From positions 608,001 to 672,000 of the forward strand of contig CAVTHK010000001.1 in assembly GCA_963734495.1 (NCBI GenBank): a stretch of 64,000 nucleotides of DNA. Direction: 5' to 3'. Within the stretch, counting starts at the first letter, position 1. The number at the start of each line of letters is the position of its first letter. The notes below the pieces were generated by a model. That model made no database searches. It was not told where the DNA came from and worked only from the letters and a program-made list of their open reading frames with translations. The translations under genes were made by a program, and so were the position numbers. This DNA comes from an uncultured Spirochaetota bacterium (GTDB lineage: Bacteria > Spirochaetota > Spirochaetia > SZUA-6 > CAVTHK01). Positions 31,585-45,449 of this stretch are shown one piece after another.

Positions 31585-31857
31585 CTAATCCTGCAGCATC
31601 CGGAACGGGCTCTTGAACCAGTAGGCGAACAGTAACCCGCACACCGCCAGGGCCCACATCTTCGCGTTCGCGCCGGCCTCGGAAGCGCCGCCCAGAAGGG
31701 CGATCAGGGCGAGGGCCAGCAGGGGCACGGAGATGATCGCCGCGATGATGAGGGTCATGACCTTGACCGTACGCGTCGTCGCATAGCGGAAGATGATCGT
31801 GTTCACGATCACGCCCACGGCCAACACGATCGCTCCGGCGAGCAGCAGGCTGTCCAT
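31585..31857 (-). CDS. Small hypothetical membrane protein (about 3 TM helices)
   Basis: Hydrophobic ORF with GAGGAGG Shine-Dalgarno upstream. Confidence 0.6.
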   Translation of the reverse strand: MDSLLLAGAIVLAVGVIVNTIIFRYATTRTVKVMTLIIAAIISVPLLALALIALLGGASEAGANAKMWALAVCGLLFAYWFKSPFRMLQD

Positions 31858-32047
31858 CAAGCCCTCCTCAGGTCAGAAACTCAATATGCTCCCGTAAGTA
31901 TAGCGCAGACTCCCGCGTGGGGGGAGCCGCCGCGAGAAAAACGCGTCAGGCCTTTCCCGCGCCGCCGGCGGCGCCGCGGCCGGGGTGTCCGCTCGGGGTC
32001 CGGGCGAGGTTTCGGCCCAGGACGCGCCGCCCGTGGCAAAGCCCGCT

Positions 32048-33920
32048 CTACAGCGCCCGGACCAGGAACCGGTTCAGGCGTCTTGCGAACTCGGCCGGGT
32101 TGGGCAGCGGCACGCCCTCGATCAGCAGCGCCTGCTCGAACAGCAGCCTCGCGGCGTCCGCGATCACGGTCTCGTCGTCGACCCCCTCGAGCTTGCGCAC
32201 GATCTCGTGGCCCGGGTTGATCTCGAGGATCGGCTTGACGTCGCCGATCCCTTCCTGCCCGAGAGCCTTGAAGATCTGCTGCTGCTTGACCGTCGGGTCG
32301 GAGTCGTCGGTCACGATGCAGGACGGCGAATCCGAGAGCCGCACTGAGGCGCGCACGTCCTTGACCTCGTCGCCCAGCGCCTTCCGGATCCGCTCCAGCA
32401 GGGGCCGGACCTCCCTGGCCCGCTCGCGGTCGCCTTCGGTCTTGAGGTCGTCCGCGGTCCCTGCGCGGTTGACGCTCTTGAGCTCGCTGTCCTTGTACTT
32501 GCCGATCGCCGGCATCAGCAGCTCGTCGATCTCGTCCTCGAGCAGGAGCACTTCGATGCCCTTCGCGCGGTAGACCTCCAGCAGGGGCGAGGAGCGGAGG
32601 CTCGCCTCGTGGTCGCCGGCGATAAAGTAGATCGCCTTCTGGTCGCCTTTCATCCGGCTCTTGTATTCCGCGAGGCTCGTCCAGCCCTCCTCTGTCGTCG
32701 ACTTGAAGCGCAGCAGCTCCATGAGCTGGTCCCGGTTGGCGAAGTCCTGGTAGACGCCCTCCTTGAGGGGCTTGCGGAACTCGGCGTAGAGCTGCTCGTA
32801 CCTGGGCCGGTCCTTTGCCGAGAGCTCGCCGAGCTCGTTGAGCACCCGCTTGACCGCTCCGTTGCGGATGTTCACCATCACGCGGTTCTGCTGGAGGATC
32901 TCCCGGCTCACGTTGAGCGGAAGGTCCTCGCTGTCGATGACCCCCCGCAGGAAGCGCAGCCAGGCGGGCATCAGGTCCTTCGCGTCTTCGGTGATGAACA
33001 CGCGCTTGACGTACAGCTTGATGCCGGACTGGTAGTCCATCCGGTACAGGTCCCAGGGCGCCTTTTTCGGCACGTAGAACAGCGTCGTGTACTCGAGCGC
33101 GCCTTCGGCCTGGGTGTGGATCGTGAGCAGCGGATCGTCGTCGTCGCCGGTCAGGCTCTTGTAGAACTCGGCGTAGTCCTTTTCGGCGAGCTCCTTCTTG
33201 GGCCTCCGCCAGAACGCGCTCGCCGCGTTGATCTGCTCGCTCTTCCGCTCGGTCGTCTTGCGCGGCTTGTCGCCTTCACCGAGGCTCTTCCTCTTCGTAG
33301 TGGAGGTAGATGGGAAAGGCGATGTGATTGGAGTACTTCTTGACCAGGCTCTCGATCATCCAGCGGCTCGCGTACTGCTTGCCGTCGTCGTTGAGCGTGC
33401 AGGTGACCGTGGTGCCGTGGCTGTCGCGCACGGCCTCCTGCACCAGGTACTCGCCCTTGCCGTCGCTCACCCAGCGCCACGCCTTGTCCTCGCCGGCCTT
33501 GCGGGTGATGACCTCGATCTGGTCGCTCACCATGAAGGCCGAGTAGAAACCGACCCCGAACTGGCCGATGAGAGTCGCGTCTTTCTTCGCGTCGCCGCTC
33601 ATCTGCTCGACGAAACGCCTCGTCCCGGAGCTGGCGATGGTGCCGAGGTTCGCCACGAGGTCCTCTTCGTTCATCCCGATGCCGGTGTCGGAGATGGAGA
33701 GGGTGGTGTGGTCCTTCTGGTCGAAGCTCCAGTCGATGCGCGGGTCGAACGTGAGGCCCTTGTACCTGTCGTCGGTGAGGGTGAGGTAGCGCAGCTTGTC
33801 CAGCGCATCGGAAGCGTTGGAGACGAGCTCCCTGACGAAGATCTCCCGGTGCGAATAGAGGCTGTGGATGATGAGGTGAAGGAGCTGGTTCACCTCGGCC
33901 TGAAACTGGTGCTTTGACAT
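32048..33920 (-). CDS. htpG: Chaperone HtpG (Hsp90; frameshift near 33285)
   Basis: [64 protein letters not shown]. Confidence 0.95.
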
Positions 33921-34101
33921 GACGGCCTCCGAACGGACGGCTGCCCTGGCACACTCTCTGCGGCCGGGACGCCTCATGGGAAGGTAGCTGTTTGTCTCCC
34001 AATATACCTGCGCGAGCGACGCCCGAGAAGAGCCTCCCGGGAGCCGGCGCGCGCAGGGGCGCCGCCTCGCCGCCTCGCCGCCGTCGCGGAACCCCCGGCC
34101 G

Positions 34102-34920
34102 CTACTTGCGGGCGCTCTCCAGCCGCTCGAAGACGATCCGCTCGACCTCGTCCTTGCTCTTCTCGAGCGACAGCGACACCTCGTCGATGAGCAGCCGCAG
34201 CGCGCTGTCGAAGAGCTTGCGCTCGAGGATCGGCAGCTCCTTGATCTTGCTGCGGTGGTAGAGCGTGCGCACCACGGTGGCGATGTCGATGATGCTCCCG
34301 CTCTTCAGCAGGTCCAGGTTCATCTGGTAGCGCATCTTCCAGTCCGTCGGCACCGGCTCGTAGCTGTCGGAGATGAGCTTGAGCGCCTTGGCCGACTCCT
34401 TGCGCTCGACGATGGGCCGGATGCCGAGGCTGTCCGCCTTGTCCACGGGGACCATGACGGTCATGTCGGAGACTTCGATGTAGATGATGTAGTAGAGGAG
34501 CTTCTTGTCCAGGAACGGCCGCTCCTCGATGCGGAGCACCTGGCCCACGCCGTGCAGCGGGTAGACCACCTCCTGCTTGACCTGGTAGCGCAGCTTCTGT
34601 GCCGCGGCCTTGCCTTTGGCCGCCGGCCTGGCCGCCTGCTTGCCCGCCCTGGCGGCCGGTCTGGCGGCTGCGCTCTTTGCCGCGCCCTTCGCCGCCGGCT
34701 TCGTCGAGGCGGGCTTCCTGGCCGCGACGGCCGTGGCCGGCTTCCTGCTGATCGTTGCTGTCTTCTTTGCTGTCATGCTGGGCGGTTTCTTCGAGACGCT
34801 CCCTGATGTCTTTCGTTTCGAGGCAGCACTTTTTGGCGGTTTCTTTGCCGGCTTGGCGGGCGCCCTGGATCGGGCAGCCCTGCTGGCGCTCCTGGGAGCG
34901 CGCGGTTTTGCCTTTGCCAT
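34102..34920 (-). CDS. carD: CarD-family RNA-polymerase-binding factor with about 110-aa Lys/Ala/Pro/Arg-rich N-terminal extension
   Basis: VVYPLHGVG, MVPV.KA..LGIRPIV, WKMRYQ.N, IATVVRTL, ERKLFDSA..LL..E. Confidence 0.85.
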   Translation of the reverse strand: MAKAKPRAPRSASRAARSRAPAKPAKKPPKSAASKRKTSGSVSKKPPSMTAKKTATISRKPATAVAARKPASTKPAAKGAAKSAAARPAARAGKQAARPAAKGKAAAQKLRYQVKQEVVYPLHGVGQVLRIEERPFLDKKLLYYIIYIEVSDMTVMVPVDKADSLGIRPIVERKESAKALKLISDSYEPVPTDWKMRYQMNLDLLKSGSIIDIATVVRTLYHRSKIKELPILERKLFDSALRLLIDEVSLSLEKSKDEVERIVFERLESARK

Positions 34921-34928
34921 CGGCGCGC

Positions 34929-34957
34929 ACTATAACACGGGCCTGCCGGGCCGTCAA
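34929..34957 (-). promoter_or_regulatory. Sigma70-type promoter of carD (TTGACG-17-TATAGT), 8 nt before ATG
   Basis: Near-consensus hexamers with 17-bp spacer and extended -10 TG. Confidence 0.7.
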
Positions 34958-35065
34958 AGCAGGCGGCTGAGCAAGGCGGTGCCGCGCCATCGCGAGCGCC
35001 CGGAAAGCTCGGCCGTCCGCCGCGCGCGGCCGGCAATGCGGCGCACGTCGAATCAACGGCCGCCG

Positions 35066-35106
35066 AAAAACCGCCGGTCCCGCGCTTTCGCGCGCAGGAC
35101 CGGCGG
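35066..35106 (-). terminator. Rho-independent terminator after gap
   Basis: CCGCCGGTCC...GGACCGGCGG stem followed by TTTTT on the minus strand. Confidence 0.7.
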
Positions 35107-35134
35107 CCACATAACCTTCAGGAGACGGGCGGTT

Positions 35135-36235
<1,101 letters not shown>

Positions 36236-36381
36236 TCAGGCGACTGCGCTGCTGATGCGCGGGAACGCGAAAGTCGCTCGCATTATACCGATCTGAGCGA
36301 CCTTGTACAGAGGAACGACGAGGTTGAAGGCGGACTTCGGCCGCCCGCGCGCGAAGCGGAGGCGCACGCGCCGCGGCTCGC

Positions 36382-37566
36382 CTACGGCACGAAGCCGATC
36401 CCCCCGAGGAACGACACGACCAGGTGCTTGGGGGTGCTGGTGCTGTCATCCAGCCAGGAGGCGAACCCGAGGCCCATGCGCATCTCGAGGTTGACGACCG
36501 TTTTCCTGCCCGCCGGTATGTCCACCCCGAAGTCGAACAGCGCGCCGTAGTCGAAGGTGTTCAGGCTGCGCACGTCAGCTATGTTGGGCGTGGAGTTGAG
36601 CGAGGTCTTGGTGGCGTACTCGATCGAGACGGTGCCGTCGAGATAGAACGCCATGTAGAGACCGATGCCGAGGTACAGCGGGCTGGTCCGCGCCATGTAC
36701 AGCTTCGCGATCAGCGGAAGCTCGAGGTAGTTGAAGGTCCACACGTTGTGGACATTGTCCAGGTTGACGGTATCGTAGAAGTCGTAGTCGTAGCCCTTCT
36801 GAGCGTAGAACAGGTCGAGCTCGACCCCGACGTCGGCTGCGCGGACCATCAGGTAGGCTCCGCCCGCGAACCGCACGCCAGGAGTCGTGTCCGACCAGCC
36901 GTCGTCCCCGTACGCGTCGGCCAGGTTGACCCCGGCCTTGATGCCCAGAAACACGCCGGGCATCTCGGCGTCGGCGGCGGCCGGCTGCGGGGCGGGCTGC
37001 GGCTGCCGGGGCTGCGGAGCAGGCTGCTGCGGAGCCTGCGCCGGCTGCTGCGGGGCCACACGCTGCCGGCCCCCGAGCCGCTGCTCGTCGAGGGTCTCGA
37101 CGACGCCGCCGGCGAGCTTGATGCCGACCGCGTTCGCGATCCCGAGCAGGATCGCGATTCGCCCCTCGCGCTCCACCGAAGCCTGCGCCTTGATCGCCCC
37201 CGTCTTGACGTCGATCATGCGCGCGGAGACGAAATAGGTGGTCTCGATCTGGGCCGCCCGCGCGGCCACGACGAAATCGGCACCGAGGTATTCTCCGGCC
37301 CTGCGGATCTCTTCGGTCTTGACGAGTCCGGAGAGCTGGAACTCCTTCTCCTTGAGGACGAGATGCGCGCTGGCCCGGTCGAGGACCGTGTACTTGCCCG
37401 AGTTGACCAGGGCCTCGGAGATCTTGTCCGCGATCGCGATGGACACCCCGGGATCCATGTCGTCTTCGATCACGGCGTCCAGGACGGCAACCTGCGGGAG
37501 AGCGGACGCAAGCGCGCATGCGCATACCAGCACAGTGGCTACGAAAGCGTATTTTCGCGTTTTCAT
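36382..37566 (-). CDS. Exported protein: CsgG/TolB-N-like domain, Pro/Gln linker, outer-membrane beta-barrel (PorT-like)
   Basis: Signal peptide; VLDRA...LKE.EFQLSG...GEYLGADFV...ARMIDVKTG.I; GIKAGVN, YAQKG, YLELPL, FDYG, terminal GIGF. Confidence 0.65.
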   Translation of the reverse strand: MKTRKYAFVATVLVCACALASALPQVAVLDAVIEDDMDPGVSIAIADKISEALVNSGKYTVLDRASAHLVLKEKEFQLSGLVKTEEIRRAGEYLGADFVVAARAAQIETTYFVSARMIDVKTGAIKAQASVEREGRIAILLGIANAVGIKLAGGVVETLDEQRLGGRQRVAPQQPAQAPQQPAPQPRQPQPAPQPAAADAEMPGVFLGIKAGVNLADAYGDDGWSDTTPGVRFAGGAYLMVRAADVGVELDLFYAQKGYDYDFYDTVNLDNVHNVWTFNYLELPLIAKLYMARTSPLYLGIGLYMAFYLDGTVSIEYATKTSLNSTPNIADVRSLNTFDYGALFDFGVDIPAGRKTVVNLEMRMGLGFASWLDDSTSTPKHLVVSFLGGIGFVP

Positions 37567-37580
37567 GGGATTCGAGAGGG

Positions 37581-37608
37581 ATTATACCCCGCTCCGCACG
37601 TCGGTCAA
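37581..37608 (-). promoter_or_regulatory. Sigma70-type promoter (TTGACC-16-TATAAT)
   Basis: Hexamers 14 nt upstream of the start at 37566. Confidence 0.55.
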
Positions 37609-37720
37609 GGCTATCAGGCGATTAACTGCTTCTGCCGTGGAGCTTTGCTGACAAAGACGATCAGATTTTGCCCCTTAGGGTCGATGGCCCATATGGCGCA
37701 AACGTAGTAAGTTCCGCCCC

Positions 37721-38440
37721 ATGGCGGAGACCAATCCCGCGCGCGGTGAGAAGACAGGTCCGTCCGGCGGGAGCCGAAAACGGCCCAGCCTGCTCAAGGC
37801 GATCCTGCTGCCGCTCTTCCTCGTGGCGATCGTGGTGGTCGGCTTTGCCCTCCGCGACAGCCTCTGGAAGCTGATCAGCTCGCCCGAGAGCGTGCGCGAG
37901 TGGGTCGCACAGTCCGGAGCCGCCGCGCCGCTCGTCTTCTTCGGCCTCCAGATCCTGCAGGTCGTCGTCTTCGTGATCCCCGGCGAGACGTTCCAGATCG
38001 CGGGCGGCTACCTCTTCGGGTTCTGGGGCGGGCTCGCGCTCACCCTCACGGGCATCACCGTCGGTTCGGCCGTCAACTTCTGGGCGGCCCGCATCCTTGG
38101 AAAGCCGCTCCTCGAGCGGCTCTTCCCCAGGGAGCAGATCGACCGCCTGGACGCGATCGCCCAGGGGTCGAGGGCGCAGGTGGCGTTCTTCCTGCTCTTC
38201 GTCATCCCCGGCATCCCCAAGGACATCCTGTGCTACGCAGCCGGGCTCTCGCCGATGCGTTTCCCCTTCTTCCTCGCGGTCTCGATCCTCGGCCGGATTC
38301 CCGGCATCGTGGGCAGCACGCTCATGGGGAGCTCGGCGGCGAAGCAGAACTGGGTCCTGTCGGCGATCCTGCTCGGCGGTTCGATCGTCCTCTTTGCCGT
38401 CGGCTACCTGGCGCGCGACCGCGTGCAGCGACTGGATTGA
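37721..38440 (+). CDS. TVP38/TMEM64 (DedA/VTT) family membrane protein
   Basis: LQILQVVVFVIPGE...GGYLFG.WGG, FLLFVIPGIPKDILCYAAGLSPM, GRIPG. Confidence 0.85.
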   Translation: MAETNPARGEKTGPSGGSRKRPSLLKAILLPLFLVAIVVVGFALRDSLWKLISSPESVREWVAQSGAAAPLVFFGLQILQVVVFVIPGETFQIAGGYLFGFWGGLALTLTGITVGSAVNFWAARILGKPLLERLFPREQIDRLDAIAQGSRAQVAFFLLFVIPGIPKDILCYAAGLSPMRFPFFLAVSILGRIPGIVGSTLMGSSAAKQNWVLSAILLGGSIVLFAVGYLARDRVQRLD

Positions 38441-38464
38441 CAGGCTGACGCACCGGCCAGGAAA

Positions 38465-39898
38465 ATGAAGGCGATGGACAACACACCCCGCATCAAAGAG
38501 GTTCTGGCTGCCGGGGCCGGACCCGCGCCGAGCGAGGCCGGCGCGGGCGGTCGCGCGATCGGCGTCCGCGGCTGGATCCGCACGCGCCGCGACTCCAAGG
38601 ACCTCTGCTTCGTCGAGGTCAACGACGGCTCCTCCCTGGCCAACCTGCAGGTCGTGGCGTCGAGGGAGGAGCTCTCCGGCTACGACGGGATCGTCCCGCG
38701 CCTGACCACGGGGGCCAGCCTGGAGGTCGAGGGCCGCCTCGTCCCGTCGCCCGGCAAGGGGCAGTCGGTCGAGCTGCGGGCCGCCCGCATCCGCATTCTC
38801 GGCGACGCGCCGGCCGCGGAGTACCCGCTTCAGAAGAAGCGCCACACCTTCGAGTACCTGCGCGAGATCGCGCACCTCAGGCCGCGGACCAACACCTTCG
38901 GCGCCGTGGCCCGGGTGCGCAACGCGCTGAGCTTTGCCGTGCACGAGTTCTTCCAGAGCCGCGGCTTCCTCTACATCCACACGCCGCTCATCACCGCGCA
39001 GCGACGCCGAGGGCGCGGGCGCCATGTTCCAGGTGACCACGCTTCCCCTCGCGGACGTCCCGAAGGCCGACGGGGGCGTCGACTACACGCAGGATTTTTT
39101 CGGCAAGGCGCGCGGCGCTCACGGTGAGCGGCCAGCTCGAGGCCGAGATCTACGCCACCTCCCTCGGCAGCGTGTACACCTTCGGCCCGACGTTCCGCGC
39201 CGAGCACTCGAGCACGGTGCGCCACCTCGCCGAGTTCTGGATGATCGAGCCGGAGGTGGCCTTCTGCGACATCCGCGGGAACATGGACCTGGCCGAGGAG
39301 TTCCTCAAGTCGATCTTTTCCAGCGGTGCTCGAGCGCTGCGCCGAGGACATGGAGTTCTTCGTCCAGCGGGTCGACGGCGCGGTAGTCGACACGCTCCGC
39401 CGCATCATCGACAGCGACTTCGCCCGCATGACCTACACCGAAGCGATCGAGCGCCTGGAAAAGTCCGGCCGGCAGTTCGAGTACCCGGTCTCGTGGGGGA
39501 TCGACCTGCAGTCGGAGCACGAGCGCTACCTCACCGAGGAGCTGCTCAGGAAGCCCGTGATCCTCACCGACTACCCGAAAGAGATCAAGGCCTTCTACAT
39601 GAAGGCCAACGACGACGGCCGCACGGTGCGCGCGATGGACGTGCTCGTGCCCCGGCTCGGCGAGATCATCGGCGGAAGCCAGCGCGAGGACGACCACGAT
39701 CGCCTCGCGGCCCGGATCGACGAGCTGGGCTTCCCGCGCAAGGACTACTGGTGGTACCTCGAGCTGCGGCGCTTCGGGACCGTGCCGCACTCCGGGTTCG
39801 GGCTCGGCTTCGAGCGGCTCATCCAGTTCGTCACGGGGATGAAGAACATCCGCGACGTGATCCCCTTTCCGCGGGCCTGGAAGGAGATCGAGTTCTAG
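38465..39898 (+). CDS. asnS: Asparagine--tRNA ligase (frameshifts near 39000, 39110, 39320)
   Basis: [71 protein letters not shown]. Confidence 0.93.
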
Positions 39899-40045
39899 AG
39901 GTCGCCTGCAGGCGCCGCGTGACCCTTGCCGGGCCGCGCGCACTCGTGCTACGTTGGGCCGACTTCGCCCGCGGGCTCCCACTGACAGCAGAAAAAGAGC
40001 CGCATCGGTCGCTCTCGAGCGAGGGCAGCGGGGGCGTATTCGACG

Positions 40046-41830
40046 ATGGACCCCTTTAGAACCCACACCTGCGGCGAGCTCACCCGCGAGCAGCTCGGCC
40101 GTCGCGTACGCCTCGCGGGCTGGCTGCACAACAGGCGCGACCACGGCGGCGTGCTGTTCGTCGACCTCCGCGACCACTACGGCCTGACCCAGGTCGTCGT
40201 CTACGCGGACTCCGGCATCCAGGAGGCGGTCGGCCACCTCCACAAGGAGACCGTCGTCCAGTTCGAGGGAACGGTCGTCCCCCGCTCGCCGGAGACGATC
40301 AACCCGAAGCTGGCCACGGGCGAGATCGAGGTGCGCGCGGACCGCTGCGAGGTGCTCGGGCCCTGCGACACGCTCCCCTTCAGCGTATTTCCTGAAGAAG
40401 ACGCCCCGGAGGAGACGCGGCTCAAGTACCGCTTCCTCGACCTCCGCCACGGGAGGCTGCACAACAACATCGTGCTGCGCTCGCGCGTCGTGTCGAGCCT
40501 GCGCCGGCGCATGACCGAAGAGGGATTCCTCGAGATCCAGACCCCGATCCTCACCGCCTCCAGCCCGGAGGGCGCCCGCGACTTCCTGGTGCCTTCGCGC
40601 CTGCACCCCGGCTGCTTCTACGCCCTGCCCCAGGCGCCGCAGCAGTACAAGCAGCTGCTGATGGCGTCGGGCTTCGACCGGTACTTCCAGATCGCGCCCT
40701 GCTTCCGGGACGAGGACGCGAGGGCCAACCGGTCGCCGGGCGAGTTCTACCAGCTCGACATGGAGATGGCGTTCGCCACCCAGGACGAGATCTTCGCGGT
40801 CGTCGAACGCGTGATTCCCGAAGTCTTCAAGGAGTTCTCGGACCGGGAAATCACGCCGGCACCGTTTCCCCGGATCCCCTATGCCGAGGCGATGGTCAGC
40901 TTCGGCAGCGACAAGCCGGACCTGCGCAACCCGATCCGCATGGTCGACGTGTCCTCGGTGTTCGCCTCCGCGGGGTTCGCGCCGTTCCGCTCGATCATCG
41001 AGAAGAACGGCGTCGTGCGCGGCATTCCTGTCAAGGCCATCGAAGGCCAGCCGCGGAGCTTCTTCGACCGCATGGTCGCCTTTGCCCAGCAGCTCGGCTC
41101 GCAGGGGCTCGCCTACCTGTCCTGGTCGTCCGGCGGGGCGGTCAAGGGCCCGCTGGTCAAGCACCTGAGCGAGCCGCAGCTCGCCGAGCTCGTGTCCCTG
41201 TGCGGGGTCGGGTCGGGCGACGTCGTGTTCTTCGTGGCCAACGCCCGCGGAGAGGCGGAACGGATCTCGGGCGAGCTGCGCACGCGGCTCGGGGAGGAGC
41301 TGGGCCTGGTCGAGAAGCGGTGCTATCGCTTCTGCTGGATCGTCGACTACCCGATGTACCAGTACGGCGACGACCACAAGGGCATCGAGTTCTCGCACAA
41401 CCCCTTCTCCATGCCGCAGGGAGGCATGGAGGCGCTCGAGTCCAAGGACCCGCTCGCGATCCTCGCCTGGCAGTACGACCTGGTCTGCAACGGGGTCGAG
41501 CTGTCCAGCGGCGCCATCCGCAACCACAGGCCCGACATCATGTACCGGGCCTTCGAGATCGGCGGCTACACGCGCGAAGAGGTGGACCGGGACTTCGGCG
41601 CCATGATCAACGCCTTCAAGCTCGGGGCGCCGCCGCACGGCGGCCTCGCGCCGGGCGTGGACCGCATGGTCATGCTCATCGCCGACGAGCCGAACATCCG
41701 CGAGGTGACCGCCTTTCCCATGAACCAGAAGGCGCAGGATCTCATGATGAACGCTCCGCGGCCCGTCTCGGAAAAGCAGCTCCGGGAGCTGCACATCCGC
41801 GTCACCGCCCCCCCGAAAACGGGCCCGTAG
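40046..41830 (+). CDS. aspS: Aspartate--tRNA ligase (probably non-discriminating)
   Basis: [40 protein letters not shown]. Confidence 0.96.
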   Translation: MDPFRTHTCGELTREQLGRRVRLAGWLHNRRDHGGVLFVDLRDHYGLTQVVVYADSGIQEAVGHLHKETVVQFEGTVVPRSPETINPKLATGEIEVRADRCEVLGPCDTLPFSVFPEEDAPEETRLKYRFLDLRHGRLHNNIVLRSRVVSSLRRRMTEEGFLEIQTPILTASSPEGARDFLVPSRLHPGCFYALPQAPQQYKQLLMASGFDRYFQIAPCFRDEDARANRSPGEFYQLDMEMAFATQDEIFAVVERVIPEVFKEFSDREITPAPFPRIPYAEAMVSFGSDKPDLRNPIRMVDVSSVFASAGFAPFRSIIEKNGVVRGIPVKAIEGQPRSFFDRMVAFAQQLGSQGLAYLSWSSGGAVKGPLVKHLSEPQLAELVSLCGVGSGDVVFFVANARGEAERISGELRTRLGEELGLVEKRCYRFCWIVDYPMYQYGDDHKGIEFSHNPFSMPQGGMEALESKDPLAILAWQYDLVCNGVELSSGAIRNHRPDIMYRAFEIGGYTREEVDRDFGAMINAFKLGAPPHGGLAPGVDRMVMLIADEPNIREVTAFPMNQKAQDLMMNAPRPVSEKQLRELHIRVTAPPKTGP

Positions 41831-41934
41831 AGGGACGGGCCGCCCCGCGCCTGCGTCGACGCCACGCCCCGGCGCCGCGGTGCGCCATCGCCCCGCCCTG
41901 TGCCACGCTGTCCCGCCCCCCCGCCCTGCCGTCG

Positions 41935-41963
41935 TTGACGCCAAATCGCTATTCCATTAGTGT
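41935..41963 (+). promoter_or_regulatory. Sigma70-type promoter of gatCAB (TTGACG-17-TAGTGT), 7 nt before the gatC ATG
   Basis: Hexamer match with 17-bp spacer, no Shine-Dalgarno. Confidence 0.55.
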
Positions 41964-41970
41964 GCCGCCG

Positions 41971-42270
41971 ATGAGCTCGGACCTGAGCGAGGACACGATC
42001 CGGCACGTCGCGCGCCTGGCGCGCATCGAGCTCGCCGGCGACGAGGCGGCGAGCCTGGTCGGTCCCTTCGCCACGATCCTCGCCTATTTCGACAAGCTCA
42101 ACGAGCTGGACACCTCGAAGGTCGAGCCGCTCACGCGCGCCGTCGACCTCCACAGCGTGATGGCCGCCGACGAGCCGGGCCCCTGCCTCTCCACCGAAGA
42201 GGCCCTCGCCGCGGCGCCGGACCGCGACGGAAGCTTCTTCAAGGTGCCCAAGGTTCTCGGAGACAGCTAG
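41971..42270 (+). CDS. gatC: Asp/Glu-tRNA amidotransferase subunit C
   Basis: [38 protein letters not shown]. Confidence 0.92.
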   Translation: MSSDLSEDTIRHVARLARIELAGDEAASLVGPFATILAYFDKLNELDTSKVEPLTRAVDLHSVMAADEPGPCLSTEEALAAAPDRDGSFFKVPKVLGDS

Positions 42271-42276
42271 CGAGCC

Positions 42277-43781
<1,505 letters not shown>

Positions 43782-43785
<4 letters not shown>

Positions 43786-45271
43786 GCCCTCAGGCGAGCG
43801 ACCGGGTCCTGCCTGTGGTCGGGCTGGAGATCCACGTCCAGCTCGCGACCCGGACCAAGATGTTCTGCCGCTGCCCCAACCGTTTCGGCGACCCGCCCAA
43901 CAGCAACGTCTGCCCGGTCTGCCTGGGCCTGCCCGGCGTCGCTGCCGGTGATGAACAGGGCAGGCCGTCGAGCAGGCCATCCGCGTCGGCCTGGCCCTCG
44001 GCTGCCGGATCGCGCCGGTCACCAAGTGGGACCGCAAGAGCTACTACTACCCCGACCTGCCCAAGAACTACCAGATCAGCCAGTACGACCTGCCGCTCGC
44101 CTCGGGCGGGGCGCTGGAGATCGCGCGCTCCGACGGCGGCGACGGACCGAAGCGCGTGCGCATCCGCCGGGCCCACCTCGAGGAGGACGCCGGCAAGAAC
44201 GTGCACGACCACCCGACCCACACCGGCGTCGACCTGAACCGCGCCGGCACCGCCCTGCTGGAGATCGTCACCGAGCCCGACCTGAACGCGGTCTCCGAGG
44301 TCATGGAGCTCGCCCGGACGCTGCAGCGGCTGGTCCGGTGGCTCGGCGCCAGCGAGGCCAACATGCAGATGGGCCAGATGCGCTTCGAGCCGAACGTCAA
44401 CCTGCGCATCGAGCGGGCCGGACGGACGTTCACGACGCCCATCGTCGAGGTCAAGAACCTCAACAGCTTCCGCGCCCTCGAGGGGGCGGTCGCCTACGAG
44501 ATCGAGCGCCAGCGCGAGGAGTGGCTCGACGACCCCGAGGGCTTCCTCCTGGAGCGCCTGGGCAAGCAGAACCGCGGCTTCGACGCCGAGCGGGGCGAGA
44601 CGGTCTTCCAGCGGGAAAAGGAAGAGGCCCACGACTACCGCTACTTCCCCGACCCCGACCTGGTGCCGCTGCGGATCCCCGAGGCGTGGGCGGCCGGGAT
44701 CGGCGGCTCGATCGGAGAGCTGCCCTGGCAGCGCCAGCGGCGCTACCTCGAGCGGCACGGGCTGTCCGCCCGCAACGCCGAGGCGCTGACGCAGGACCGG
44801 CCGAGCTCGGACCTGTTCGACGCGGCAGTCGCCGCGGGCGCGGACCCGGCGCGGCTTGCGAACCTGCTCGTCGGCAAGGGGGCGGCGCTCGCGAACCAGC
44901 GGGGCTGCACTCTGGCCGAGCTCGGGCTCGCGGCCGACCGGCTGGCCGCCTTGACCGGCCTCCTCGGCGCCTCGAAGATCACGGCGACTTCCGCTGCGCG
45001 GCTGCTGGAGCTGCTCCTCTCCGACGCGCGCCCGGTCGAGGAGATCGCGCGGGCCGAAGGCCTCCTCCTGCAGACCGACCCGGACGCGGTCCGCCGCTGG
45101 GTCGAAGAAGCGCTCGCCGCCAACCCGCAGGCGAAGGACGACGTGGTGGCCGGCGGGAAGAAGCAGGCCAAGGCGCTCGGCTTCCTCGTCGGGCAGGTGA
45201 TGCAGCGCTCACGCGGCGCGGCGCCCCCCCAGGAGGTCCAGCGCCTGCTCCGGGAGCTGCTCGGGCTCTAG
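43782..45271 (+). CDS. gatB: Asp/Glu-tRNA amidotransferase subunit B (frameshifts near 43940-43965)
   Basis: [64 protein letters not shown]. Confidence 0.93.
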
Positions 45272-45352
45272 GGCCATCTCGAGCCCTCTGGAGCCGGCGC
45301 CGGGCCTGGCTGGCCTGCATCTGGCGCCCGGGCAGGCTCCGCATTCGTAAAC

Positions 45353-45382
45353 TTGACAACCCGGGGAAACGGCCGCTATATT
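45353..45382 (+). promoter_or_regulatory. Sigma70-type promoter (TTGACA-18-TATATT)
   Basis: Consensus -35 and near-consensus -10 upstream of 45450. Confidence 0.6.
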
Positions 45383-45449
45383 CTAGCCGTCCCGTTCGTT
45401 GATGTATCCCCCGTCCAGGTTGTAACTTAGAAACTCGAGGAATATCTCT

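Noticed and set aside
33921-34020. CIRCE/heat-shock operator upstream of htpG
   Set aside because: Only a partial GAGTG match, with no TTAGCACTC-N9-GAGTGCTAA palindrome
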